Both the position numbers and the translations under genes were made by a program. A DNA stretch of 20,000 bases, from the IMG/VR virus record IMGVR_UViG_3300028416_000010, one strand, 5' to 3'. Of this stretch, positions 1 to 8,024 are shown piece after piece (position 1 is the first letter of the stretch; each line of letters opens with the position of its first letter). The notes under the pieces are model-generated. The model had not been told where the DNA came from. It did no database searches and saw only the letters and a list, made by a program, of their open reading frames with translations. The stretch comes from an uncultured virus (IMG/VR IMGVR_UViG_3300028416_000010). Lineage: Duplodnaviria > Heunggongvirae > Uroviricota > Caudoviricetes.

Positions 1-111
1 ATCTAATTTAATATTTTTAATTATCCTTGTCTTCTCTTTAATAGTTTCACATTCAATAACGGTTGGACTACTATCTTTATGTAATCTATAACCTATATAA
101 TATTTTTCCAT
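1..111 (-). CDS. Hypothetical protein, 3' end outside window (MEKYYIGYRLHKDSS...)
   Basis: Open frame from an ATG directly downstream of a module promoter; not in ORF track. Confidence 0.75.
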   Translation of the reverse strand, partial: MEKYYIGYRLHKDSSPTVIECETIKEKTRIIKNIKLD

Positions 112-127
112 AAATTGTTTTTTTAGC

Positions 128-169
128 GTTACAATATAATATAGTAATCTCTTATCAAACTAATCAAAA
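128..169 (-). promoter_or_regulatory. Conserved module promoter
   Basis: TTTTGATT-N15-TACTATATTAT..GTAAC upstream of ATG at 111. Confidence 0.8.
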
Positions 170-306
170 TTTGTATAAGTTTTTTTGTTTTTGCTGGGGG
201 GATTTTAAAGTGTGTATGTTTTTTGTTTGTAACATGAATGTGTTGCTGCAGTCGTAAAAATGCAGCTGCAGCTTTTTGCTGTGGGGGTTAATTTGAGTTG
301 GGGGTG

Positions 307-380
307 TATACAATAATTCGCTTATATTTTCCGAAAAGTTTATGATTAATTTTCGGAAAATAATCAACTTTTATTGTATG
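307..380. repeat. 74-bp dyad, copy 1
   Basis: TATACAATAA-N10-TTTTCCGAAAA-N12-TTTTCGGAAAA-N10-TTATTGTATG. Confidence 0.95.
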
Positions 381-459
381 TATTATTTTGAAAATGTTGA
401 GCTTGATTCATTCTTCGAGGAGCTGAGATGGTAAATTTTCTTTAGAAAAAACTACAAAC

Positions 460-486
460 AAAAAAAGCAACCCTTTCGAGTTGCTT
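460..486 (-). terminator. Intrinsic terminator
   Basis: GCAAC/GTTGC hairpin plus U-run. Confidence 0.8.
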
Positions 487-511
487 AAATATCACATATA
501 AAAACTTTTAA

Positions 512-709
512 TTAACTTATTTCCACATGTTCTTCAATTATAGAATTATAAGTTTCTAAACTACTTTCATCTAAAATTGTTTTACCACCTAATTCTATTT
601 TTTTATTCAACAAAGATAATGAAAAATCTCTTATTTTTTTATCTTCTATTTTTAAATTTCCTTGTATTTCTAAAACTTTATCTAACGCTTGATTGATTGT
701 TGTTTTCAT
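512..709 (-). CDS. Hypothetical protein, 65 aa
   Basis: ATG with A-rich leader; ends just before terminator. Confidence 0.8.
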   Translation of the reverse strand: MKTTINQALDKVLEIQGNLKIEDKKIRDFSLSLLNKKIELGGKTILDESSLETYNSIIEEHVEIS

Positions 710-745
710 GTTTTTGTTTTTATAATAAATATTTAAAATTTTAAT

Positions 746-916
746 TTATGCTCCTATGCTATCAAGATAATCTTTAATATACTCCTTTTCTATATTAGAA
801 AGTCTTTCTTTTTCTATAAAGAACAACTCTTTCATTTCAAGACACTTTTCATCATTGCCATTTCTTAATTCTTCTTCGGCATCCAACCATAAATCAATTA
901 ATGTTTCTTTAGTCAT
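746..916 (-). CDS. Small acidic hypothetical protein, 56 aa (MTKETLIDLWLDAEEE...)
   Basis: Hand-translated; first ATG after promoter 934..975. Confidence 0.8.
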   Translation of the reverse strand: MTKETLIDLWLDAEEELRNGNDEKCLEMKELFFIEKERLSNIEKEYIKDYLDSIGA

Positions 917-933
917 TGTTTTAAATTTTAAAT

Positions 934-975
934 GTTATAGTATAATATAGTAATAATATTTTAATTTAATCAAAA
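934..975 (-). promoter_or_regulatory. Conserved module promoter
   Basis: Same motif, upstream of ATG at 916. Confidence 0.8.
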
Positions 976-1269
976 TTATTGAAAATCTAAAATAATTTTT
1001 CCTTCAAACATTTCTAAATTTTCTTCATTACTTATTTCACATAAATGATTACTAAAAAATTTCTTTCCTTCTTCTGTTAAATTATACCAATTTAAAACTC
1101 TTGGAATTATAGAAGATGCAGGTTTTAAAAATCCTAAATGTTTAATGACCTTAACCTCACTTGGTAGTGCTAACAATAAAAGTTTTGTATCTAAATCTCC
1201 ATTATTTAAAGCATTTAATCTTCTGTGAATTTCAGTTAAAACTCTTCTTTCTGATTTTTTAAATTTCAT
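976..1269 (-). CDS. Hypothetical protein, possible winged-helix DNA-binding fold, 97 aa
   Basis: LGFL...WYNLTEEGKKFF resembles the wHTH YxLTxxG motif. Confidence 0.75.
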   Translation of the reverse strand: MKFKKSERRVLTEIHRRLNALNNGDLDTKLLLLALPSEVKVIKHLGFLKPASSIIPRVLNWYNLTEEGKKFFSNHLCEISNEENLEMFEGKIILDFQ

Positions 1270-1276
1270 AATTTAA

Positions 1277-1504
1277 TTATTTAATTGTTCCGTATTCTCT
1301 CAATTCTTCTGTTAAATCTTGAATGACTTTTTGTTGTTGCTTTATTAATTCAACACATCTTAAAATCTCTTCTTTTGTGGGGTTATTACCAAAATAATAT
1401 AATCTTTCTATATCTGTTGCTCTTTTTAATAATTCTCTATTATTAGTTAATATTCTACCTGTGTTTAAATAAAACTCTTCTCTATTTATTATTATATTGC
1501 TCAT
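1277..1504 (-). CDS. Hypothetical protein with C-terminal coiled coil, 75 aa
   Basis: ORF after promoter. Confidence 0.8.
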   Translation of the reverse strand: MSNIIINREEFYLNTGRILTNNRELLKRATDIERLYYFGNNPTKEEILRCVELIKQQQKVIQDLTEELREYGTIK

Positions 1505-1512
1505 GCCTATTT

Positions 1513-1554
1513 TAATTTATATAATATAGTAATAATATTTTAATCTAATCAAAA
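1513..1554 (-). promoter_or_regulatory. Conserved module promoter
   Basis: Same motif, upstream of ATG at 1504. Confidence 0.8.
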
Positions 1555-1556
1555 AA

Positions 1557-2111
1557 CTATAAACTTTTTAACATTCTTAAACCTCTTCTAATTTTTTCTT
1601 CTGAATATTCCCATTCTTTATAGAAATTATTATTTTCAAATTCTTTATAGAAAAAAGAAACAATATCTTTATATTGATTAACTAATTCAATTTCCTCAAT
1701 ACTTTTCCAACCACAATCTCCATTTTTGCTACTTGTTACTCCTGCAACATTAACATCATGAATAGTGTAATTAGTCACTTCACTGAAACGTTTTTTATTT
1801 TTCCCAATAGAATAATAAGATTTTCCTTTTTTATGATAAAGAGAAAATGAAATATTTATTGTATCATTAACATTAATAAAAGGTTTTAACACTTTGTTTC
1901 TCATTAATTTATCATAAACATTTCTATCTGTTCCAAAATGGATTGATAAATAATCTTCTCTACAAACAACTTCTAATCTACTTTCAGTTAAATCAATAGC
2001 CATGTTTGCATGTACTACCCCATTTACTGCTGTTAAATCATCTCCATTTAACCAACGTACTCCGTAAGTTTTTAACTCACTTAAAATAGAATTTATTATT
2101 TTTTCTGTCAT
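1557..2111 (-). CDS. Hypothetical protein, 184 aa (start moved to MTEKIINS)
   Basis: ORF-track start lies inside the promoter; ATG at 2111 fits the leader spacing. Confidence 0.85.
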   Translation of the reverse strand: MTEKIINSILSELKTYGVRWLNGDDLTAVNGVVHANMAIDLTESRLEVVCREDYLSIHFGTDRNVYDKLMRNKVLKPFINVNDTINISFSLYHKKGKSYYSIGKNKKRFSEVTNYTIHDVNVAGVTSSKNGDCGWKSIEEIELVNQYKDIVSFFYKEFENNNFYKEWEYSEEKIRRGLRMLKSL

Positions 2112-2123
2112 AATGTTTGTTTT

Positions 2124-2165
2124 GTTATAGTATAGTATAGTAAACAATTATTAAAGTAATCAAAA
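2124..2165 (-). promoter_or_regulatory. Conserved module promoter
   Basis: Same motif, upstream of ATG at 2111. Confidence 0.8.
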
Positions 2166-2303
2166 AATGTATAAGTTTTTTTGTTTTTTTGCTGGGGGGA
2201 CTTTTAAGTGTGTATATTTTTTGTGTGTAATATGAATGTGCTGCTGCAGCCGTAAAAATGTAGCTGCAGCTTTTTGCTGTGGGGGGAAATTTAGATTTGT
2301 AGG

Positions 2304-2377
2304 TATACAATAATTTTTTATTATTTTCCGAAAAGTTTCTATTTATTTTTCTGAAAATAATTACTTTTTTTTGTATA
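2304..2377. repeat. 74-bp dyad, copy 2
   Basis: Same geometry; right inner box TTTTCTGAAAA. Confidence 0.95.
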
Positions 2378-2451
2378 CATATCATTCAAAAAACCTCTCC
2401 CTTCATACAGGAACATATACAGGAACATGTAGGAATAAAATATAAAACAAA

Positions 2452-2520
2452 TAAAAAAAGGCAATCATTTCTGACTGCCTTTTCTGCGTATTAACCATTA
2501 AAAATCTAAACTACTTATGG
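2452..2520 (-). ncRNA. Candidate ~65-70 nt sRNA
   Basis: TATCTTTG -7 box at 2525..2532, then a short non-coding stretch and a terminator; similar to 13088..13164. Confidence 0.4.
2453..2484 (-). terminator. Intrinsic terminator
   Basis: AGGCA/TGCCT hairpin plus U-run. Confidence 0.8.
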
Positions 2521-2523
2521 ATA

Positions 2524-2558
2524 GCAAAGATAAAACAAATTTAAATAATTAAATTCAA
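2524..2558 (-). promoter_or_regulatory. Bacteroidota primary-sigma promoter (weak -33)
   Basis: Intergenic TATCTTTGC -7 box. Confidence 0.45.
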
Positions 2559-2583
2559 TTATCCAATTTTTTCATTTTTTATT

Positions 2584-2859
2584 TCACATCACAAGATAAA
2601 TTTGATTTACGTTGCCTCTTTCATCTAAATGGTATTCATAACTTTTTTCTAATGTATTCGGTGTATAACTAAATATTAAATCATCAATTTTGCCATGTTC
2701 TTCATTCATTTCATACTCTTTTGTTAATAATTGAAAAAAACTATCATCTTTTTGTTTAATTCTTTCAAAAGGTTTTTGGTTTTCAATCTCCAAGTCTATT
2801 GCTTGCATAATAATTTTTAAATGTTCTCTATCTAATTCAATAGGTAAGTGTCCTGCCAT
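2584..2859 (-). CDS. Hypothetical protein, 91 aa
   Basis: ORF in tandem operon. Confidence 0.8.
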   Translation of the reverse strand: MAGHLPIELDREHLKIIMQAIDLEIENQKPFERIKQKDDSFFQLLTKEYEMNEEHGKIDDLIFSYTPNTLEKSYEYHLDERGNVNQIYLVM

Positions 2860-2879
2860 AATTTATTTTTTAATTAATA

Positions 2880-3101
2880 TTAAATATTTTCCCAACCTTC
2901 TAATTCATTTAGTTCAACTCCAATAGGTCTTAACCCATAAGGTTCTGCATTTAAGTAAAAGTCAAATGTATAACCTAATTCTTCAACTTCATTTACAAGC
3001 CTTCTAAGTTCTACATAACTATCTACATCTTCATCAAAAGTATTAATTACTGATTTTATATTTTCAGGTATTAAATCGGGTGTTTCAAATAAATCTTTCA
3101 T
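2880..3101 (-). CDS. Small acidic hypothetical protein, 73 aa
   Basis: ORF after promoter. Confidence 0.85.
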   Translation of the reverse strand: MKDLFETPDLIPENIKSVINTFDEDVDSYVELRRLVNEVEELGYTFDFYLNAEPYGLRPIGVELNELEGWENI

Positions 3102-3111
3102 ATTGTATAAT

Positions 3112-3153
3112 CATTTGATATAATATAGTAACAATATTTTAGGTTAATCAAAA
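3112..3153 (-). promoter_or_regulatory. Conserved module promoter
   Basis: Same motif, upstream of ATG at 3101. Confidence 0.8.
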
Positions 3154-3162
3154 CTATTGTAC

Positions 3163-3321
3163 TTATTTAAAAATATTTTTTAATACATCATAATTTAAGT
3201 TTATCTCTACATTCCCCCCAAATAAGAAAATTGATAGTACGACAAATGTAACAAAAACAGCACAAGCATACATATAAAATTTACTTAAAACATCAATTAT
3301 TTGATTTAATATTTTTAACAT
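3163..3321 (-). CDS. Small membrane protein, 52 aa
   Basis: Hand-translated MLKILNQIIDVLSKFYMYACAVFVTFVVLSIFLFGG...; one hydrophobic helix; fills an operon gap. Confidence 0.7.
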   Translation of the reverse strand: MLKILNQIIDVLSKFYMYACAVFVTFVVLSIFLFGGNVEINLNYDVLKNIFK

Positions 3322-3334
3322 TTTATTATTCTTT

Positions 3335-3622
3335 TTAATTGTTATTTAAAAAATTATACAAACTTTCAATAATTATTTCTCTTTCATCTTGTGTTATTCT
3401 ACTCTCATCTAAAAGGTACTCATCTAAATCTTCTAAATTAGATTTATTAAATATATCAACAACATTTCCTATAACTTCTGCTGACATATATTTTCTATTG
3501 CCAATCAAATTAGAAAGTTCTTCATCTAACTTAGTTGAGAATATTTGAATACTTTGTGTTTTTTTGTCTACAATAGAATGAAAACAATCTAAAAAAACAA
3601 TTTCTACTTTTTCTTTATTCAT
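3335..3622 (-). CDS. Hypothetical protein, 95 aa
   Basis: ORF after promoter. Confidence 0.8.
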   Translation of the reverse strand: MNKEKVEIVFLDCFHSIVDKKTQSIQIFSTKLDEELSNLIGNRKYMSAEVIGNVVDIFNKSNLEDLDEYLLDESRITQDEREIIIESLYNFLNNN

Positions 3623-3646
3623 TGTGTTTTTGTTTTTATAATATAA

Positions 3647-3688
3647 TATATAATATAATATAGTAAAATTATTTCAATATAATCAAAA
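3647..3688 (-). promoter_or_regulatory. Conserved module promoter
   Basis: Same motif with tandem ATTAT repeats, upstream of ATG at 3622. Confidence 0.8.
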
Positions 3689-3818
3689 AGTTTGTGGTTT
3701 TTATTTTTCCTGGGGGAGATTTTTGAAGTGTATAATTTATATGTATGATGGGCCTTTTGATACAGGGACAATAATGCAGCTGCAGGATTTGCTGTGGGGG
3801 CTGATTTGGGTTGGGGGG

Positions 3819-3892
3819 TATACAATAATATTAGATTATTTTCCGAAAAGTTTTTATTTATTTTTCGGAAAATATATTTTTTTTATTGTATA
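3819..3892. repeat. 74-bp dyad, copy 3
   Basis: Same four boxes and spacing. Confidence 0.95.
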
Positions 3893-3984
3893 TCTATCAT
3901 TTAAAAAACCTCTCTCCCTCCAGAAGACGCTAGTCGCATTAACAACAAAAAAGTTATAGATACAAAAAACTAACCTCCCAGAAA

Positions 3985-4017
3985 CAAAAAACCCCGCCTT
4001 ATAAAAGACGAGGTTTC
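3985..4017 (-). terminator. Intrinsic terminator
   Basis: GC-rich hairpin plus U-run. Confidence 0.75.
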
Positions 4018-4036
4018 TATTCTTATTATTTTAATT

Positions 4037-4273
4037 TTAAATTATTAGAATTTCTTTTTCAGGTTCACCCATTTCAATTGTATGTTCAGGATATACTTCA
4101 ATTAAAGCATTTACTAAATCATCATTATCATAATTCTCTCCCCCATTTCTTTCTTCAAGTATAATAGGCTCAATTACTTTCTTAATTTTTTCATTAGTTA
4201 AATTAGTCATTAAGAATAAATCTTCTTCTGCAAAAGACGTTGTTGAAATAACTACAAGTCTTAAATCTTCCAT
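4037..4273 (-). CDS. Small acidic hypothetical protein, 78 aa
   Basis: ORF before terminator. Confidence 0.85.
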   Translation of the reverse strand: MEDLRLVVISTTSFAEEDLFLMTNLTNEKIKKVIEPIILEERNGGENYDNDDLVNALIEVYPEHTIEMGEPEKEILII

Positions 4274-4278
4274 AATGT

Positions 4279-5121
4279 TTAAATATATAAAGTTACACGT
4301 TCATTGATTTCTTTAATTTCATATTCTCTGTTTGGATATTTACTTTCAAATTTATTGACAATTTTTTTAGCTTCATTTTTTGTTGCATATTTTAATTGTG
4401 GACTATAAAAAGAATACATATAACCTCTACTAGTATGTTTTGATAAATATCTCCCTTCAACTAATATAGTATAGTATTTATCTAAATCAACTCTTAACTT
4501 TTCTTTCTTAGCCTTAGAAAAGTATTCCTTTCTTAACCTTTTAGGTTTATCTTCGGGCATATAACCAAACTCAACCGTTGCCTGTATTGGTGTACCCTTG
4601 AATAATTCATTACATTCATTAATTGCATCAATTAATTCTTGTCCACTTGTAACACTCTTACTGAAAGGTTCAATACCATATTCTCTTCTAGTTTTATCAC
4701 TATAATAAGTGTTTTTAACTATTATAGTTACATGTTCCAAATTTAATTGCTCAATCGTTAGTGCTTTGCTACAACCTGTTTTAAATATACCTTCAAATTG
4801 TCCGTATGTAGTATTCCTTGTACTACCATTGATAGCAATACTACTCCAATATCCAAATGATTTATCATCATATTCCTCAAACCATTTATCTTTTTCTCTT
4901 TCATTGTTTCTATTGATAATATCTTGTCTTACTGACTTTGTATATTCAATCATTTCATCAAGTGTTAATACAACACTTTCATTGATATTGTACGCCCACC
5001 AACTTCTTGCACGTTTATTATTATAATCATAACAATTATTACTACCTGTTAATATCATTGGTACAAATTTATCTTCTGACACTTTAATAAATTGTTTATC
5101 GTAAATAATTTCATAAGACAT
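4279..5121 (-). CDS. Hypothetical protein, 280 aa (largest in window)
   Basis: Long ORF after promoter; no motif recognised. Confidence 0.92.
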   Translation of the reverse strand: MSYEIIYDKQFIKVSEDKFVPMILTGSNNCYDYNNKRARSWWAYNINESVVLTLDEMIEYTKSVRQDIINRNNEREKDKWFEEYDDKSFGYWSSIAINGSTRNTTYGQFEGIFKTGCSKALTIEQLNLEHVTIIVKNTYYSDKTRREYGIEPFSKSVTSGQELIDAINECNELFKGTPIQATVEFGYMPEDKPKRLRKEYFSKAKKEKLRVDLDKYYTILVEGRYLSKHTSRGYMYSFYSPQLKYATKNEAKKIVNKFESKYPNREYEIKEINERVTLYI

Positions 5122-5138
5122 AATATAAATATTTTTAA

Positions 5139-5180
5139 GTTACAATATAATATAGTAAACAAATATCAAACTAATCAAAA
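5139..5180 (-). promoter_or_regulatory. Conserved module promoter
   Basis: TTTTGATTAGTTTGATATTTGTTTACTATATTATATTGTAAC. Confidence 0.85.
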
Positions 5181-5234
5181 ATTGATAAACTTTTTTTGAA
5201 GAATATTTCTGAACCTGGGGGGATTATTTGTAGT

Positions 5235-5308
5235 TATACAATAATTATCTTATATTTTCCGAAAATTTTATACTTATTTTTCGGAAAATAATCCTTTTTT
5301 ATTGTATA
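5235..5308. repeat. 74-bp dyad, copy 4
   Basis: Same four boxes and spacing. Confidence 0.95.
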
Positions 5309-5401
5309 TATTACTTTAGAAATGTTGAGCTTGGATTAACCTTCCAGCGTCTGGTATGGTAAATCTTATACACAATTATCACAAAACCACCCCCCAGAAA
5401 C

Positions 5402-5429
5402 AAAAAAAACAACCCTTTCGAGTTGCTTT
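5402..5429 (-). terminator. Intrinsic terminator
   Basis: Same family as 460..486. Confidence 0.75.
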
Positions 5430-5456
5430 ACTTATATTATTATGTCTAATCAATTA

Positions 5457-5834
5457 TTATTCATATACTATATGAATAGGTTCATCAATAAAGATATCTC
5501 CCCCATTACATTTTCCCCAACCTTGTTCAGGGTCTATTTTGCTTTTTGTAGTTGGTATTGTTCCGTTAAAATATTTCTCTAACACAACTGCAACACCATT
5601 ACTTTCATTTTCTTCAAATATTAAATCACAAACCTCTCCCCAAGGCATTTTCCATTCAAAACTATCTCCTCTACTATTAGGATTAAACACACGTCCATAA
5701 GAATCATAATGTCCTCTCATTTCCTCAATCACTTTACCATTTTTTAACAGATACATTCTTACTGCATCTCCATCAAATGAACTGCTAGCAACTGCCTTAT
5801 TACTTTCTTTACAAATAAAACTAAAACAACCCAT
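5457..5834 (-). CDS. Hypothetical phage-type protein, 125 aa
   Basis: MGxFS...YDSYG pattern recalled from uncharacterised phage proteins. Confidence 0.88.
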   Translation of the reverse strand: MGCFSFICKESNKAVASSSFDGDAVRMYLLKNGKVIEEMRGHYDSYGRVFNPNSRGDSFEWKMPWGEVCDLIFEENESNGVAVVLEKYFNGTIPTTKSKIDPEQGWGKCNGGDIFIDEPIHIVYE

Positions 5835-5858
5835 AAACTTTTTTTAAATTAAATTATT

Positions 5859-6086
5859 TTATAAATGTCCACCATCATTGTTTGTGGAGTCTTGATATTC
5901 ATATATAGTATCATAACCACTTAATGAATCTTCTGCTAAAGCATTTTCTAAAAGTGTGTCAATATGTTTACTTTCCATTAAAAAATTTTGCAATTCTTCT
6001 CCTACAATATTTTCATCAACTTCAACTTCGATAGTTGCTTGTTTAGAATAATGTCTTTCTATTGTTACTAAAACTTTTCTTGTCAT
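5859..6086 (-). CDS. Small acidic hypothetical protein, 75 aa
   Basis: ORF in operon. Confidence 0.85.
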   Translation of the reverse strand: MTRKVLVTIERHYSKQATIEVEVDENIVGEELQNFLMESKHIDTLLENALAEDSLSGYDTIYEYQDSTNNDGGHL

Positions 6087-6103
6087 ATTATTTTTTTTAT
6101 TAT

Positions 6104-6268
6104 TTATAAATTATTTTCCCCGTATGGTGCCTCATTATAACTTTGGTAGTTGCAAGTCTTACATAAGTCTTGGTCATCGTCAACATCAAAGTCCATTTCT
6201 TCTCTAGGAAAATGTTCATGGCAGCTATTGCATATAAATAGTGGCTCATCTTCTGATAAATTTTTCAT
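6104..6268 (-). CDS. Small acidic zinc-finger-like protein, 54 aa (start moved to MKNLSED)
   Basis: CNSC...CKTC pairs. Confidence 0.8.
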   Translation of the reverse strand: MKNLSEDEPLFICNSCHEHFPREEMDFDVDDDQDLCKTCNYQSYNEAPYGENNL

Positions 6269-6269
6269 G

Positions 6270-6389
6270 TTATTTTTGTTTTGAATTATTAACTGAATTA
6301 TTAATCTTTGATTTTTTAACTTCACTATGAATGAAATTTATCCAATCATTAAAGTTAAAAATAGGTTTCTTCGGTAAAATAGTTTTCAT
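6270..6389 (-). CDS. Small hypothetical protein, 39 aa (MKTILPKKPIFNFNDWINFIH...)
   Basis: First ATG after promoter; stop abuts the next start. Confidence 0.65.
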   Translation of the reverse strand: MKTILPKKPIFNFNDWINFIHSEVKKSKINNSVNNSKQK

Positions 6390-6403
6390 ATTATTTAATT
6401 TTT

Positions 6404-6445
6404 GTTACACATTAATATAGTAATAATTTTTCAAACTAATCAAAA
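6404..6445 (-). promoter_or_regulatory. Conserved module promoter
   Basis: Same motif, upstream of ATG at 6389. Confidence 0.8.
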
Positions 6446-6499
6446 AAATAAAAACTTTTTTTGAAGAATATTTCTGAACCTGGGGGGATTATTTGTAGT

Positions 6500-6573
6500 T
6501 ATACAATAATTATCTTATATTTTCCGAAAATTTTACACTTATTTTTCGGAAAATAATTGAATTTTGTTGTATA
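6500..6573. repeat. 74-bp dyad, copy 5
   Basis: Same geometry; flanks nearly identical to copy 4. Confidence 0.95.
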
Positions 6574-6652
6574 TATTACTTTAAAAATGTTGAGTTTGGA
6601 TTAACCTTCCAGTGGCTGGGATGGTAAATCTTATACAAGAAAAAATGCAAAC

Positions 6653-6683
6653 AAAAAAAAGACAACCATTTCTAGTTGTCTTT
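6653..6683 (-). terminator. Intrinsic terminator
   Basis: GACAAC/GTTGTC hairpin plus U-run. Confidence 0.8.
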
Positions 6684-6763
6684 ATATAAATTAATTTTGA
6701 AATTTGTATTTTTTTACTAAAAATACTTATATAATTTTCTCATTTTAAGATACTTACAAAAAG

Positions 6764-6786
6764 GTGTTGATATATACTAGTTATAG
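6764..6786 (+). mobile_element. Possible attC half-site
   Basis: TATATAC-TA-GTTATAG overlapping the stop codon of 6781..6996; no left arm found. Confidence 0.35.
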
Positions 6787-6996
6787 GGCATTTAGCGTTC
6801 TTTGGTTGCAAAGGTGAGGTATTCCACGTTTACAAGTTAAGTAAGCACCCCATTCATCAATTTTAGTTAATTCGCCTTTTACCTCTACACCATCGGTAAT
6901 TCCACAAGTACCCACAGCGGAATAAAAACGCCCTATAACAACGTGTATAAAACCATTGCTATAAGTGCGTATATCAAATTCTTTCTGTTTTTTCAT
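6781..6996 (-). CDS. Hypothetical protein, 71 aa, starting inside an attC-like site
   Basis: ORF; visibly more GC-rich than neighbours; stop within a TAAC core. Confidence 0.75.
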   Translation of the reverse strand: MKKQKEFDIRTYSNGFIHVVIGRFYSAVGTCGITDGVEVKGELTKIDEWGAYLTCKRGIPHLCNQRTLNAL

Positions 6997-7054
6997 CTTT
7001 ATGTCTTTTAATTAAGTTCAGTAAAAGCAACGGTTCATACACAAAACGTTATAA
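6933..7054 (+). mobile_element. Integron attC-like site
   Basis: CTATAAC-AAC-GTGTATAAAAACCATTGC ... GCAACGGTTCATACAC-AAAAC-GTTATAA: AAC/GTT cores with imperfect complementary arms. Confidence 0.7.
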
Positions 7055-7065
7055 AACATTAAACT

Positions 7066-7365
7066 TCACCCCCATATAAAACCAATGTCAACCGAAAACT
7101 TTACATCCAATATGTAATCATTTGTTTCGAGAAACTTTTTATTTTTACCTTCTTTTGATATGCTGTATAAAATTACTCTATCTGGAACATCTTTTTTAGA
7201 ACATTCATTGTTGTCCTTTTGATGTTTAGAGTATTTTCTAACATATTCAAAAACACTACCCTTCTTGCTTTCTGTCCAAGGACTATAGTGAAATTCTCCT
7301 TTTACAATATCTTCTTTAAGTACACATGTACCTTTCATTTTAAATTTATTATTTAATTTTTCCAT
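7066..7365 (-). CDS. Hypothetical protein, 99 aa (start moved to MEKLNNK)
   Basis: Lies between two attC-like sites. Confidence 0.75.
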   Translation of the reverse strand: MEKLNNKFKMKGTCVLKEDIVKGEFHYSPWTESKKGSVFEYVRKYSKHQKDNNECSKKDVPDRVILYSISKEGKNKKFLETNDYILDVKFSVDIGFIWG

Positions 7366-7376
7366 AATAAAACGTT

Positions 7377-7437
7377 TTATAACAATGTATATAATTAACT
7401 CCACTTTGTTCCGCAAATCATATACGGAACGTTATGG
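7377..7437 (+). mobile_element. Integron attC-like site
   Basis: TTATAAC-AAT-GTATATA ... CATATAC-GGAAC-GTTATGG. Confidence 0.7.
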
Positions 7438-7441
7438 ACCA

Positions 7442-7558
7442 TTATTCGTAAAAAAATTCTGTATCATATAATGATTTTAATTGTTTACTTGTCAATTTAT
7501 TTAAGTATACATCATCATACCCTCTTTCATTCCATAATCTGTACTTTAAACTTTCCAT
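7442..7558 (-). CDS. Small hypothetical protein, 38 aa (MESLKYRLWNERGYDD...)
   Basis: Hand-translated; between two attC-like sites. Confidence 0.65.
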   Translation of the reverse strand: MESLKYRLWNERGYDDVYLNKLTSKQLKSLYDTEFFYE

Positions 7559-7583
7559 TGTTATTTAGTTTTAAATTAACGGT

Positions 7584-7642
7584 GCATAAAACCATATAAA
7601 ATTCATTTCGTTCCTCAACGCTTCATATACAAATCGTTATAA
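7584..7642 (+). mobile_element. Degenerate attC-like site
   Basis: Right arm CATATAC-AAATC-GTTATAA intact; left core GCATAAA (AAC lost). Confidence 0.5.
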
Positions 7643-7677
7643 TACAATATAGTAAACAAATATCAAACTAATCAAAA
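7636..7677 (-). promoter_or_regulatory. Conserved module promoter
   Basis: Same motif; its TAAC end is shared with an attC-like core. Confidence 0.8.
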
Positions 7678-7750
7678 ATTGATAAACTTTTTTGAAAAAG
7701 ATTTTTGGCTCCTGGGGAGGGATTTTTGTATAGTAGGCTTGTTTTATATT

Positions 7751-7824
7751 TATACAATATTTTATCCATATTTTCCGAAAATTTTCTATTTATTTTTCTG
7801 AAAATAATCACTTTTTATTGTATA
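7751..7824. repeat. 74-bp dyad, copy 6
   Basis: Same geometry. Confidence 0.95.
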
Positions 7825-7936
7825 TCTTGCTTGTGTATTTTGAGGGGAATCATGTTTCACCAGGTCCTCACCAGGAAGACTTAATAAAAACAAAAATCCT
7901 CCCAGTTAATCACAACACAAAAAACATATACAAAAC

Positions 7937-7970
7937 AAAAAAGGCAACCATTTCTGATTACCTTTTTTTT
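7937..7970 (-). terminator. Intrinsic terminator
   Basis: Hairpin flanked by A and T runs. Confidence 0.7.
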
Positions 7971-8024
7971 AGATTAAAACAAACACAAAAACAAAAACAC
8001 TAACTATTTTTCATTATTAAAAAT

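Noticed and set aside
3638..3660. ATAAT tandem repeat as a phase-variation tract
   Set aside because: Short, low-complexity and downstream of the promoter boxes; more likely simple slippage.
4279..5121. 280-aa protein as the array's recombinase
   Set aside because: No recognisable tyrosine (R-K-H-R-H/W-Y), serine or DDE catalytic motif; it sits in an ordinary cargo position. A structure search would settle it.
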